A DNA stretch of 64,000 nt from positions 3,782,001 through 3,846,000 of the forward strand of contig NC_081396.1 of NCBI RefSeq assembly GCF_030684315.1, written 5' to 3'. The position numbers and the translations under genes were made by a program. Positions 1-13,255 of the stretch are shown here, piece by piece. The notes below the pieces were generated by a model. The model did not search any database. It was not told the origin of the DNA and saw only the letters and a list, made by a program, of their open reading frames with translations. How positions within the stretch are numbered: position 1 is the first letter of the stretch; the number at the start of each line of letters is the position of its first letter. The DNA comes from Stegostoma tigrinum. Lineage: Eukaryota.

Positions 1-109
1 CGCAGCACACTTGGCGTGTAAATAAAATTAACCAGTCGATCCTTTATAAACATTTCCCCTCTCACCTTTTGAGAAAGATCTCGATCTTCGTACTCACACA
101 CGCCAAAAT

Positions 110-121
110 TATATATATATA

Positions 122-173
<52 letters not shown>
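110..173. repeat. (TA)n microsatellite flanked by (TG)/(CA); 122-173 is a perfect 52-bp palindrome
   Basis: tgtgtgtgt-(at)17-acacacaca read directly. Confidence 0.95.
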
Positions 174-329
174 AACTATCAGCTCACCCGTCAAACATCT
201 ACAGTCGAGAGATAAAAGCCACAGTCTAATCAGCCCCTCCCTGTGTTAAAGTCTCCAGTTCCAGAACATGGGATAACTTTGGGAAACATTTTTCAGGAGA
301 ACACAGAGTAATTTTATAAATGCACTTCG

Positions 330-860
330 GACAACAGATTAGCTGGTGAGATATTCGGACCCCCAGAAGATTAGCAAGGTGATAGGTCAGAAGAAGGTTG
401 TCAAATTTGGAGGGTTTCAACTACAGGGAGAGTCTGATCGGCTGAGACTATCTTCCATGGAACATCAGAGGCTGAGAGGTGAACTGACAAAAGTTTATTA
501 AATCATGAGGGGCATGGATATAGTGAACAGACAAAGTCGTTTTCCCGCTATAGGAGTGTCACAAAACCAAATGACGTAATTTTAAATTGGGAGCACAAAG
601 ATTTGGAAGAGACCGAAACAGCAACTCTTACCCTCAGAAGTGGTGCACGGACGGAATGATCTGCCGAAGGAAGTGATTGAAGCTGGTGTCATTGAAACAT
701 TTAAAATGCATCTGGATGGGGAGATAATGAGAAGATTTTGTACAGATGTGCGCGAAATGCTGGCAAAGAAACCCGATTAATTTAGAATATTTGATCAGCA
801 CAGACAAACTGGAGCGAAGTGTCTGCTTCTGTGTTGATCATTTCTATCAATCTATGACTT
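330..860 (+). mobile_element. CR1-type (HER1-like) LINE 3' fragment
   Basis: Typical shark CR1 3' region (gaggctgagaggtga..aagtttattaaatcatgaggggcatggatatagtg..acatttaaaatgcatctggatggg) ending in a tctatcaatctatgact tail. Confidence 0.75.
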
Positions 861-1227
861 CATACAGTCTCTCCTTATAATTCAGAACTTCCATTCCCAC
901 AATATCCTGGTAAATCATTTCACCAATTTCTCCAGCCTGATAACATATCCCCTATAATCGGGCGACTAGAACAGGATACTGTCCAGCAGCAGAGGACTCA
1001 TCCGCCTCCCGTAGAAAGTCAATATCGATTTGCGCCTCCAATATTCTAAAGTCTGAGAAATGAAGGCATGCATGCTTAACGCCTTCTTAACCATTCTGAC
1101 ATCATGTGAAATAAACATCAAAGAATATGTCTTTCTGCACTAAAATACCACATAAAGCACCAGTTTCACGGTAAAACAAAATGGCCTAGTTGTTTTACCA
1201 AAACACGATACCTTGAATTGAAATTAA

Positions 1228-3235
1228 AAGAACACAGAACATAGAACGGGACAGCACAGTACAGACCCTTCAGCCAATGATTTTGTGGCGACCCGTTTTA
1301 CCATTGAGATCAATCTACTCTGCATAGTCTACATTTTACTCTCCTGTATGTGCACCTATCCAAGGGTCGCTCATAGATTTCCAGATTGTCTGACTCGACC
1401 ACCACTGTTGGAGGCATATTTTACGTGCTCACTACTCTCTATGTGAGAAATTACCTCTGATGTCTTCCCTATCTTCCTCCAATCACCTTACAATTATGCG
1501 CACTCATAATAATCATTTCCACGTTGGGAAAAAAAAATGTCTCTGACTATCCACTCTATCTATGCATCCCATCATCTCGCACACCTGTAATTTTTAACCT
1601 CTCAAATTTCTTTGCTTCACTGGAAAAAGCCCTAGCTCCTCAAGCTTTCATCGTAAGATATGCCCGTCAGTACTGGCAGAATCCTGGTAAACCTCCTTTG
1701 TACACTCTCTGAAGATTCCACATCTTTCCTGTGATGAGGTTAACCAGAACTGAACACAATACTCCAATTGTGGTCCCAACGGTGTTTTAAAGTGCTGCGG
1801 CATAATTGAACGTTTCTTAAACTCTAGGCCCCTGCAAAATGAAAGCCAACACATCACACGTCTTCTTTACTACCGTATCAAATTTATAACAACTTTTAGG
1901 GAACCATGGACATGGACCCTAAGATCCCTCTGTTCCTCCACACTGTTGAGAATCCTGTCATTATGCCTGCATTCTGCTTTTAAATTCTACCTTACAAAAT
2001 GAATCACTTCACATTTTACTGGGTTGAATTCCCTCTACCATTTCTTTGCCCAGCTCTGTATTCTGCCAATGTTCTTTTGCAACATACAACAAGAGCCCTC
2101 CATGTTGTCCACAACCCACCAAACGTCGTGTCATTAGCACACCTATTGACCCACCCTTCCACTTCATCATCCAAGCCATTTGGAAAGATCACAAAACACA
2201 GGTCTCCCAGAACAGATCCTTGGGGAACACCACTGGTCACCGAGCTCCAGGCTGAATACTTTCCATCTACTAAAATCCTCTGTCTTCTGTTGGACAACTA
2301 GTTTTGTATCCAGACAGCTAGATGCGGCTGATTCCCCTGCCTCCTTACTTTCTGAATGAGTCTACCATTTGGGCCATTGCCACATGCCTTGCTAAATTCT
2401 ATATATAACACATCCAATATTGTACATTCATCAATGTGTTCTTTTCACATCCTCAAAGAATTCAATAAAGCTTTTGAGGCATGGCGTGCCCCTCACAGAG
2501 TCAGGTTGACCATTTGATATCAAACTGCTATTTTCTGAATAACCATGAATGCTGTCTCTCAGACTCTTCTCTAATAAACTGTCCACCACAGAAGGGAGGC
2601 TGACCGGTCTGTAATTTCCAGGATTATCCCTATTCCCTTTGTTGAACAATGGGATGACGTCTGCCACCCTCCAATAATCTGGTACTGCCCCAGTGGACAG
2701 TTACGATGCGAATACCATTGTCAAAAGGGCAGAAATCGCTTCCCCCACTTGCTGGTATAATCTTGGTTCTATCCCTTATGGCCCAGGAGAGTTATCTGCA
2801 CTCATGATTTTCGAAAATTCCAGCATATCCTCCTTCCTAACATCAACCTGTTCGAGCATATCTGCCTGTTTCATGTGATACTCACAAACCTCAACGATCC
2901 ACTCCGTGGTAGGTACTGAAGCAAAATGCTCATTAAGAAGCTCAGCCACCTCCAGCTGATTCCATGCGCAGGTTCACACCACTATCCCTGAATGGCCCTA
3001 CCCTCATTCTGGCTATTGTCTTGTTTCTCATATAAACGTAGAAAGCCTTGTGATTTTCCTTGACCCTAATCGTGAAGGTTTTCTTGCACATGCTTGAAGC
3101 TCTCAAACGTGCATTCTTCAATTCCTTTTTGGTTACCTTGTAGACCTCAAAAGCGCGACCCGAATCTTGCTTCCTAAACCATAAGTAATTTATCTGCTTA
3201 AAGTCGATTTGCCACTCCTCAGTCCACAATCTCAA
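1228..3235 (-). mobile_element. CR1-type LINE, decayed ORF2 reverse transcriptase plus 3' end
   Basis: ORF fragments NRRQRILVDGKYSAWSSVTSGVPQGSVLG (2016-2297), ADVIPLFNKGNRDNPGNYRPVSL (2431-2667) and KENHKAFYVYMRNK (2942-3235). Confidence 0.9.
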
Positions 3236-3249
3236 TCAATCAAGATATT

Positions 3250-6200
3250 TTAATAATCTTGGGTTTTTTTTCACTGTCAACTATAAGACCTATTTTGGTG
3301 CCATCCACAAACATACTAATCATGTCTTCTATATTTTCATCGAAGTCTTTCACATAAATGATGAACAAAAACGGACCCAGCACTGAACCTTATTGCACAT
3401 TAATCGTGACAGACTTCCATTCTTTAAAAAAAACAACGCTCCACTGAAGGGTCGAGACCGGAAAAGTCAGCCTCTCTGCTCTTCTTATGCTGCTTGGCCT
3501 GCTCTGTTATTCCCGCTCTACACCTTGTTATCTCCACCACCATCTTTTAATACTGCCATTAAGCGAATTTAACATCAAATTTGCAACCTCACCCTGAATC
3601 ATAACATAGCTAATAGGTCGACCAAACGGAAACTTGTCAAAGGATTTATGAAAGTACAAGTCAACACAATCTACAGCTCTGCTCCGTCAATGCTTTTGGT
3701 CACTTCCACAATGAACTGAATCAATATTTTGAGGCAAGATTTTCCACGCAAATGTCATGATGACTATCTCTAATCAGTTTTTGCTGTTCCAGGTGCATGC
3801 AAATCCTGTCCCTCAGAATCCAACAACTCACCCATGACCGTCTTACAGCTCACCAGTCTGTTGTTCTCTGGATTTTTCATCTTGCCTTTCCTATTTATAT
3901 AGTAGAACCACATGAGCCACACTCCAGGCATCCTGCATCTCACCTGTGGCTATCTATGGTGCGTACATCTCAGTAAGGGGCCCAGAAATCTCTTGCCCAG
4001 ATTCCCATAAAGCTCTAGGGAGCACCTCATCATTTTCCTAGTTTCCTAGTTCCCGAGGTTCCACTCCCCTCTCCACAGTAAATTCCAACACAAAATATTT
4101 TGTAGAACATTACCCATCTCCTCTGGTTCCACGCATAGACGGCCACGTTGTTCTTTAAGGGTCTCTATTTTCTACCTAGTCACGGAATTGTCCTTAATGT
4201 AATCACACAAACTTTGAGATTCTCATTCCTTCCATTTACCATTCTATCGCATGTCCGCTTTTGTCCTCCCAAGATTTCTCTCAAATAAACTTCGACTATC
4301 ATTATATTTTTCTCAATATACGCTCGATCCGAACTGTCCATATCTCATAATTGCCCTCCTTTATTTGGCTGGAGACTGAAATTATCTCCTCATCTAGGAT
4401 TCCCTACACCGAGCAGCCTTACCCTTGACACAAACAGGTAAGAGCTGGATCTGGACTCTCGTTATCTCATCCTCAAAGTCCTCCGGCTACCCAATCATTC
4501 CATTTGAATGTCGTCTCTCAATCAATTTCGCAAAGCTCCTGTCTCAAGCTATCAAAATTAGCCTCACTCTAATTCAGAACTTTATTTTTTAAGCAGTTCT
4601 CTCGTTTTCCTGAACTGTTTCAAAACTGATAGAATTGTGATCACTTGCCCCAAAGTTCTCCACAAAGACTTCCATTAATTGACCACTGTTACATCCAGAC
4701 TGAAAGTCAAACTAAATTTCTTCTCCATTTGGTACAATCACATATTGAATAAGAATGTTTTCTTGTACACAGTGTCAATTTCCTCAACATCCAAGCTCTC
4801 AACTGTGTGACAGTCTCATTCTGTGTTGGAAAGTTAAAACCCTGTACCATTATGCTACTTTTCGTACAGATACCTGCGATCCACTTACATATTTGCTTCT
4901 GATTTTCCCACAAACTGTTTGGAGGCCTCTAATAAAAACACAACAAAATGATCATCTTCTCTCATTTTAAAATTGAACCAAATGACTTTATTGGCCGGTT
5001 TCACAGCAATATCTCCACGTTGTACAGCTGTAAAGTTCTCACAAAATAGAAGCGCCACGCCCGCTCATGTCTTGCTTCCCACTTTGTCCTTAGGAGAGAC
5101 ATACCTCTGGAACATCAACTGCCAGTCCTGTCCGTCTCTGAGGCATTTTGATCTAATTGAGATCTTCCCAGTCATGCCTTCAGCCCATCTGAATTCTCTG
5201 TCAGTCCTGCTGCTTTCAAATAACTCTGGTTAAATTTATCAGTCTTACTTTATCTCTGTCAATCTCTTGTTGTTTTTGACTATTAAATTGCTTATATTAC
5301 CTTCTGCACTGGTCTGAGCCTTACTTTAATCTCACTAATGCCATGGATCCCACCAGTGCCATACATTCCCCTGACTAACTTAAAGCCTCACAAGTAGCGA
5401 AAGCACATTCCCCTTCAAGTATATTGGTCCTCTTCCAATTCAGCTGGAGCCCTTCTCTCTCACACAGGTCATTTGTACCACTGAAGAGACCCAAATGGTT
5501 CAAAAAGGCGAATCTTGTCCCCTGCAAGACATAATCAGCCACACAATCACGTGCCCTATCCTTCTATTCCTGCCCTCAAAGGCATAGTAGATACAAAATA
5601 AAGGCCAAAACTAATTTCGCCTTCCTTATCAATGGGTGTGAAATTAAAAAGTTAGATTTTTTTGTGATTTAAGGACCAGGACATGCAAATGTGTTGTGTT
5701 GATTTCTGAATTCATTTCAAATTTCAATAATATTTAGCCACTCTGTTTTAGCTCTCAAACTGCATAATCTCACTTTTTCCATCTATTCTCAGTTATTTCA
5801 TCTGTTTGGCATGAATATGCCAAGTTTTTATTTTCATATTTTGCTGACTCTCAGGTACAGCCAATATCCTCAACAATTTTTTTGTGTCATATTCCCCATT
5901 TCCCTTTTCTGATATTGTTGTTTCATTTGCAAACTTACCGACAACACATTGATTTTTCTCATGCAAGTCATTATTGTATCTTTCAATTATTTGTGCACCA
6001 AACACTGATTCCTGTGATGCTACCTTCGTCAGAAGTTGACATCCTGTGAAGTAAAATTCTTCATCTAAATATCTTTCTACTTTGATTTTGGCAATCTTCT
6101 GTCCACATTGACATACTGCCTCTAAAGTCACGGGCTCCTAGCTGGTTAAGTTATCATACGTGTGGCACCGTATCTAATGTCTTCAGAGAATCTCAGCATC

Positions 6201-7230
6201 TTGAAAGTCCTGATCCCTCCTTCTTTTGTATTCTACGTTATCAAATCTTTCTACGTTATTTATCAGGCAAAATTTCACTTTCATAAAACTATTTTATGTC
6301 CTCTTGATTATGCTATGTAATATTGAAATGCACTGTGGTTACTTTTTTCAGTAAATGAAGTTAAGCAAAATGGCTTTCCTCACCCTTCATGTTGTCTTCT
6401 TCTTTTTAAATAAAGGTGTTATCCAATCATCAGAGTCTTTTCCGAAATTTTATTACTGCTGTAAAATTAAATCCAACATAACAAACGCTTCTGTCATTTT
6501 TTTAAATCCTTGATTAGATCTCATTATTTGCAATGCACTCAGTCATATTTAGTTCTATTAATTTATGTGCTTCTTTTCCCCCAGTGAAACTTTCTTTGTT
6601 GTATTCCGCACCCTTATTTGGCCCTTCCATATTCAGTCATTTTGGAATTCTACTGTGAAGGCAGATGCACAGTATTTTTTTCAAAATGTCCATTTCAGAA
6701 TTGTTCCTAAATATGCATTCTGCAGCTCCAATCATGAGGGCGCTATGTTCACTTTTGCCCTTCTTTTCCTTTCTATATATTTTAGGAAGCGTTTGCTGTC
6801 TGTTTTAATATTATCTGCAATTTTAATTTCAATATTTTCCTCCTCACGCCTCATTAATTTTTTGTTTGCCTTTTGATAGTTCTTCAAACAATCTGAATAC
6901 TCTCCTGACCTATCATAATGATGACATTTAATGTAATGCCTCTTTTTTCTTTTTTGATGTCTTTAACTTCCCGCCGTAACTATAATAACTTGTTTCCTTC
7001 TGAAAATCATTTCTTCTCAATGGGATATATCTTTGCTCTGAACCAGGAAATATTAAAATGTTAAAAGTATGCCATTGCTCTTCGTACGTCTTTGCTGCTA
7101 AACTCGTTTGAAGTCCATTCCAGCAAGCTTGGCCCTCATTTCTTTGTAATTACACTTCTGTAACTTGTTTCCAACACAAGTTACTGTCTGTGCAACTGAA
7201 TGTGAAATTTTATTGTTCCAATCTAATCTT
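3250..7230 (-). mobile_element. Several nested, decayed CR1-type LINE fragments
   Basis: Degenerate RT and endonuclease remnants (KFANET in 5793-6131; GFNFP in 4707-4913); boundaries approximate. Confidence 0.65.
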
Positions 7231-7329
7231 AGAGTCTGTCATTATTTACCAAATTTGCCTCTTTCTGCATTACTGGATCCAACACGTTAAGTTATCAGGT
7301 TGGATGCACTACATATTGTTTGAGGAATC

Positions 7330-8310
7330 TATCCCACATGTGGCCACAGTGGACAGGTCTCTGGCAGTGAGCCTGGACCTGCAAGACAGAAGTGAATGGG
7401 GTATAATCGGATAGCAATTGTTGTGCTGAATTCAATAGTAAGAGGCACAGAGAGGCAGCTCTGTGAACGCGAACGAGATGAATAGAAAGTATGTTGCCTT
7501 TTAGGTGCCAGGGTCTGTGACATCTTGGATTGCGTCACTCAAGTTTCTTAAGTGGGAAGGTGAGCAACCAGCAGTCATGGTGCACATCGTTGCCAATGAC
7601 AAAGGTTGAAAAAAGGACTGAGAATGTGAAAAATGAGTGCTGCGAGTAAGGTTGGAAGTTGAAGTCCGCAAAAAATTCGTGGACCTATCTCTGGATTTCT
7701 ACCAGTGCAACGTGATAACGAGGTAAGGAATAGGAAGAGTATGCATCTAAATAAGTGGTTACAGGGTTCATGTAGGAAGGAGGATTTCTATTATCTGAAT
7801 AAGTGGATCATATTCTAGGGAAGGTGGGGCCTGTACAGAAAGGACGGGCTGGACCTGAACTGGAAGGGCACAAATATCCTGGGTGGGAGATTTGCTCAAG
7901 TTGTACGGGATGATTTAACCTAGACTGGCGGGGATCGGGAATGGGAAATGTAATTCAGTGGACATGGTATTCAGCTTTCCAACAGACACAACAGGGAGTG
8001 AGTTTGTTAATAAAGATATACACAGAATGGAGCAAAAGTGCGGACACAGGTATGGTTTCTGGTGTGCATACATCAATGTTTGAAGTTTCAGAAATAAGGC
8101 GGATGAACTGAGAGCATGAGTCAGTACTTGAAAGTACGATGTTGTGGCCAATAGAGAAAGTTGGGTCACTCAGGGGCAGGAATAGTTTTTGGAAGTTCTG
8201 GGATTCAGATTCGAAAAAATAAATAGGGAGGCTGGTAAGAGAGGCAGAGGAATGGCATTGTTAGTTTGGGCTGATATAGCAGCTGCTGAATGGCACTTGG
8301 AGAATGATAC
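7330..8310 (+). mobile_element. CR1-type LINE ORF1 (SGNH/esterase-like) to ORF2 endonuclease start, decayed
   Basis: Reads SIVRGTERQLCERER..VCCLLGARV..EGEQPAVMVH.. then N..SFRNKADELRA..KYDVVA, as in CR1 ORF1/ORF2 junctions. Confidence 0.75.
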
Positions 8311-8317
8311 GTCTCCA

Positions 8318-8432
8318 GAAACAGAGATAACGGGAACTGCAGATGCTGGAAAGTCCGAGATAACAAAATGTGGAGCTGAACGAACACAGCAGGCCAAGTA
8401 GCATCTTAGGAGCACAAAGCTGACTTTTTGCG
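8318..8432 (+). mobile_element. Penelope-derived short repeat (half of the hairpin family at 27.9 and 62.9 kb)
   Basis: agagataacgggaactgcagatgctgg..ataacaaaatgtggagctgaacgaacacagcaggccaag..ggagcacaaagctgac matches the other copies in the window. Confidence 0.75.
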
Positions 8433-8653
8433 CACTCATCATTCAGCCTGTGGATTAAGCCTTCAGACATATTGAGTGAAAGGTGGGCTTACATTAATGG
8501 GTGGCAAGTTATTGAAGCATTAACCTAAATGACTGCATGAAACAAAATCAGATATCAGTATAAAGCTGTACAAACTTTGGAAGATACGTCATTGCTGATG
8601 ACCCTTGATGAAAGAATTAAGCAAATTCAAGGTTTGTGCGTATTCATTCAAGG

Positions 8654-8659
8654 TTTATT
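8654..8659 (-). terminator. IGHM: Candidate poly(A) signal for membrane-form IgM mRNA
   Basis: First AATAAA I found on the minus strand downstream of the TM2 stop, about 450 nt away. Confidence 0.55.
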
Positions 8660-9106
8660 TACCGTTTCAGACAGCTCTTGTACCGAAAAGTTCATGTCAA
8701 AATCACCAAAAATGAACATAACGACTCGATGCCACATTGAGATGATAATGCATGAGCTCTGAGCTCTGAATTTTACGCTGATCGGAAACAGTAACCAGAG
8801 GGAAAAAAAAGAAATGGGCTCAATGTAAAGGACAGGGAACAATTCTGAATTAGGAATGAAAAGAACAAAAACACAAATTGACTTCAAACAATTGGGAAGC
8901 AACAAAATTTTGCAACAATAATTATCTTGACGATATCAAACAAGGTAATTTGGAAAACTCATTGAATAGCTTCTGAGTTACACACTCTTAAACTGAATTG
9001 ATCTCACTGCTAGTGTCAACAAAAGGACAGATGGTATATTTGGATCTCAGTGGCCTCGATACACATAAAATTTCTTGCAGGAAGTTCTATGACGTGGCAA
9101 ATTCAT

Positions 9107-9115
9107 TCACTTGAC
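9107..9115 (-). CDS. IGHM: IgM membrane exon TM2 (VK*)
   Basis: Acceptor ctctttttcag|GTC AAG TGA; phase 0 with TM1, giving the canonical KVK cytoplasmic tail. Confidence 0.9.
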   Translation of the reverse strand, partial: VK

Positions 9116-9254
9116 CTGAAAAAGAGTGATTGGGGAACGGTTTAGATATCGATGGTCAGGGCATTCAGTTTTTAATTTTAATTTAATGACACACTTTGAG
9201 ATTTCACAAGCCACAATGGTCTGTTTGAAGCGTGAATGATTTCATTATTCTCAC

Positions 9255-9382
9255 CTTCACCAGCGTGACAGCAGCACTATAGAAAATGCTCAGGAAGAAC
9301 AAGGTGATGAATGCAGAAGCTGTTGCCCAGATGTTGCCGTTATCATCCTCAAAATCTTCAATCCAATTACGATCTATCGAAT
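9255..9382 (-). CDS. IGHM: IgM membrane exon TM1
   Basis: atattcatag|AT TCG.. gives DSIDRNWIEDFEDDNGNIWATASAFITLFFLSIFYSAAVTLVK|gtgaga: acidic spacer plus CART motif (W..AS.FI.LF.LS..YS..VTL); not in the ORF track. Confidence 0.95.
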
Positions 9383-9949
9383 CTATGAATATAAAGCCGA
9401 GACAATGGATTTAGATTGTCCATTGGTCCAAATGACAAATCTTATATCTAAATAATGTCATCAGGGACCATTACAATTTTTTCAAGCAGTCAGGTTGTTC
9501 TCAAATTTGTTTCTTGATTTTTGTCTCTTATTGAGTTAATTACTCTCAGGAATAACTTGCTAATACTAATTTCACATGTTCTTCCTTTGTTATCCATGTC
9601 TGAACATTTCGAAGCATTTCATCATTTAAAATGTTCTTGCAGAGTATGATCATTGTTATCATTCCAGGTGTACTGATTGGGAATGACTGTAGTAATTCGC
9701 TCATTATATTTTCCAAACAGGCTGTGGCAGCTGTTAAAGTTGAATATTGTGGTCATCATTGGAGAAGAGTGCAAATGTGATTACTCATCTTTTTTATTTA
9801 TCTGCGTTCAATTGCTTGAAAAATCATGACCAAAATTTGGATTCAGAGTAAGATCTGTTGTTTTTTTATTTTTGTGAACTTTTCCTATGTTTTTGCTTAA
9901 TTGTTGGGGTATGTGGTAATGAGTGTCTCTTCCTTCACAGTTTTTCACG

Positions 9950-10960
9950 TTGAAGCTTATGCATAACTGGACATGTTGATGTCGCCTTGGTGCTTATGTG
10001 TTCATTCACATCTTTGTGCATGTGTAGGTAAATTGTGTTCAGTTCAGAAGTGTAAGCCACAATATCTTAAGATGCCACTTCATTCGTTGATACCTATCTT
10101 TACTTTTTATTGATTTTGTGATTTTTATGTTGTGTCGTCCTAATGAAAATGTGTGTTAAAGTATCGATTTCAGAATCTACCAGACTTAGATTATTTTCAT
10201 GATTGTACTCCATAAATGTGTTCTGTTAGTATGTACCTTCATGTTTTGATTGATGTGTATATTTATGTGATAACGTGATTTCCTTGGCAATCCATCCTCA
10301 ACCATCTCCCTGATACGATTTCTTGTCCGAATGCATGTGAATGTTCACTGTTGTTGTGCCATTCCCGTTTTGTTGCCAATATCCCACTGTGTTTTGATCT
10401 TTGCACTTCTAAGTCGGCATTTGAGACTCATAAATTGTGTCTGCGTGACCGTGTTTATGTGCTGATCAAATAGTTTAAAATTACGTAACTGAGCTGCATC
10501 TTTCTTCAGATTCTTTCCGCAAGTGATTTAATAATGAGTTTAAAATTTATGTTGCTCTCATATATGTCTATTTGAGTGCACCTGTGGAACGATACATCTG
10601 GGATATTGTATGTGTGTTTATAAATGCATGTCCGTACGTATTATGGTGTGTGAATGGACATGCATTCATGAGCATTTGTGTGCTGAGGAGTGTCTACGTT
10701 TTTCATGATTATGTGCAGTTACCACTGTTTATTTGGGTGTGTTCCTTCTATGCTCTGGCCTTTGGTCTTTTTTTGTGAGAATGTACACGACAGCTCATAT
10801 ATCATATGCAAGTATGCCTGCCTGCGTGTATCCATCCGTGTGACAGCTTATCTGTTTGTGCATTTCTGTTCGCACATATGTTTGTCCCTTCAAGTGAGAG
10901 CTTGGAAATGTGTGTCTTTAGAGCTCTTGTGAGTGTTTGTCTGTATCTGTGTTTGTTCAA
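9950..10960. repeat. Degenerate TG-rich (sense-strand CA-rich) low-complexity tract in the CH4-TM1 intron
   Basis: Dense tgtg/gtgt/catg motifs, especially 10560-10960. Confidence 0.6.
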
Positions 10961-11083
10961 GGTCTGAAAACAGACTGTTATCTTTTAATTGTTGAGCTAT
11001 TTTAATCGATTACCATTGATTACATCTGATCCAGATGGTGTGGGGAACATTTCTCGTCGTTATGGGGAGATAAACACTTTGTA

Positions 11084-11403
11084 AGGGAGTTTTGAGAAGA
11101 TTTATAACTCAGGTTTTGGGTGGAAGTTTGCTCGCTGAGCTGGAAGATTCGTTTTCACATGTTTCGTCACCATTCTAGGTAACATCATCAGTGAGCCTTC
11201 ACTGAAGCGCAGGTGTTATGCCCTGCTATCTGTGTATGTGTTACGTTTCCTTATACATCACCAACCCAAGGAAACCTAAACACATAAATAGAAAGCGGGA
11301 CATAACACCAGCGCTTCAGCGGAGGATCACGGTTGATGTTACCTAGAATGGTGATGAAACGTCTGAAAACGAACCTTCTAGCTCAGCGAGCAAACTTACA
11401 TCA
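11084..11403. mobile_element. Penelope-like-derived inverted-repeat (hairpin) element with target-site duplication
   Basis: ~130-bp arms (aagtttgctcgctgagct..gtttcgtcaccattctaggtaacatc / gatgttacctagaatggtgatgaaac..agctcagcgagcaaactt); flanking 13-mers ataaacactttgt (11070-11082) and ataagcactttgt (11404-11416). Confidence 0.8.
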
Positions 11404-12368
11404 ATAAGCACTTTGTGATTGATGCAGGAATGTTGGATATAAAATATGTACAAGGCATGTGAAAGAAAGTGACATTCGGTGTTTGTATCCCATAACTGAG
11501 TCCACGGGTTACAGGATTTTGATTCAAAAGTGTGGAAAATATTTGGAATAATGCCAGTTTAGCTTTGAATTATGCAGAACCAATTTTAACAAATGATTAA
11601 TGGACCAAGCGTGTCCAACAGGCTTCAAAGGAAGTATGTTGTGTGTAAAATTTAAATCATTGGTTGTAAGGAAGAAGCTGATTGTTCCTGTAAGCTGCAA
11701 AATCACATTGCAGCGTGCGTACAACGTGAAAACTCGGCAAGGGGATTGAGCAGATAGTCTGTTAATTGTTATACTCTCTTCTCCCTCAGCTCGACAAGAA
11801 AAAAACATTTTCCCTGTCATATTTCACATGAAAGTGAAGATAAATTGTGTCGACTGATGCACTGTTGCGAGATCTCTGGCAGTTTCCAGATAAAAATAGG
11901 AAAAATTCAAATCATTCTGAACACAACATGCTTTTTGCCCAAAGCAGTACTATCTTGTTGGCCTGTTCCAATAGAGAATCATTTTAAATGTCTCTAACGT
12001 TTCTATTCTCAGGTAGTGCAATGGAGCAGTTTAAAGCTGGCATGAAATTTATAGACATGGGCCATTGAGGAATCGGGGAAATAAAAATCATAATTCGTGA
12101 TGTTCATTTGCGATGAAGTGGGCATTGCCAAATTTTGTCAAAGTGTGATTTAGGGTGGATTAGGTACTTTTCAGAATCCTGCGATGAGTGAACTTCAGTC
12201 TATCACTGAAGAGGGCCGATCTGAGCAAGGACCATTAACTGCGCAAGCAAAGGTTATGGACGTGCTAACTGCCGACATCGACTGGCAGCACAAAATACTT
12301 TTAAAAGTGGGAAACACAATCAATTAAACTGTTGTCAATTTACATCACAATTGGAGGAAAGAAAATGG

Positions 12369-12383
12369 TTTATTAATTTTATT
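12369..12383 (-). terminator. IGHM: Tandem poly(A) signals for secretory IgM mRNA
   Basis: Two AATAAA (12383-12378 and 12374-12369) about 30-40 nt after the secretory stop. Confidence 0.85.
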
Positions 12384-12410
12384 GAATTCGTAAGTGTAAC
12401 CTTGAGACTT

Positions 12411-12802
12411 TCATTGGCATGAATTTATGGTGTCCATGAGTGCAAGCGAAATATTCACAAAACTCGGTTTACCGCTGGATTTATCAACTGTTCTGTTGAT
12501 GATCTTCAATGGAATCGCTTCATGCCCCACCACACAGGAGTAAGAAGCACCGCTGGCCCACTCCTCCGCAGCAATGGATATTAGGCTGTACAAGAAGAAG
12601 GAGGTGTTATCGCTCTCTGCCGTCACCTCGGTGTTCTTATAGTTAGTGGGATTAACGGGCTTGTCATTGGTTGTCCACTTGACAAAGATTTCTCGGGGCC
12701 TGAAACCTCTCACTAAACAGGTGAGCGAAACAAACTTCTGTGCGGAGACGTCTTCTGTCGTTGGCAGGAGGACAGAAACCGATGGCTCCAACGGATTTAT
12801 CA
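12411..12802 (-). CDS. IGHM: IgM CH4 plus secretory tailpiece; internal donor to TM1 after 12473
   Basis: ctgcag|TG ATA AAT.. gives [54 protein letters not shown]|GTAAA; tail [20 protein letters not shown] with NIS sequon and penultimate Cys. Confidence 0.97.
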
Positions 12803-13255
12803 CTGCAGAATATTTGAAACAAATATAAATTACTTTTAAAAGTTCAAGAAGCAATATTAGAATTTCACCGAATATTCAAATATTCCATGTTTATGTTGGG
12901 ATTTATTCATTTTCATTTTTGAAAGGAGCAGAATGGTATTCATTCTATTCATTGAATAAAAACGTTTAGTTCAATAGTGGTCTCCATGTTATCAGCCCAG
13001 AAAGAGGAAATTTCGTACATTTGTCGTCATTGGTGTTTACATAACAAAACTCGAGGTCTCCTCCCAATTTGTATGACTTGTCACAACAGAACATTCTTGA
13101 GTTCAATTTGTTTTTATCAGTTACTTAGCTTTCTTGGCAGGACATGATCATAAATCCTCCCAGTGGTGTTACTTCATCACCAGTCAAAGCATTCTAACAA
13201 TTTAAGGGGTCTAAACTACAGATGACATATTTTGTGCATTCATTTCTTCACTCAC

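Noticed and set aside
1-9100. Downstream IgW/IgD constant exons after TM2
   Set aside because: The region is almost entirely CR1 debris; no C1 motifs recognised
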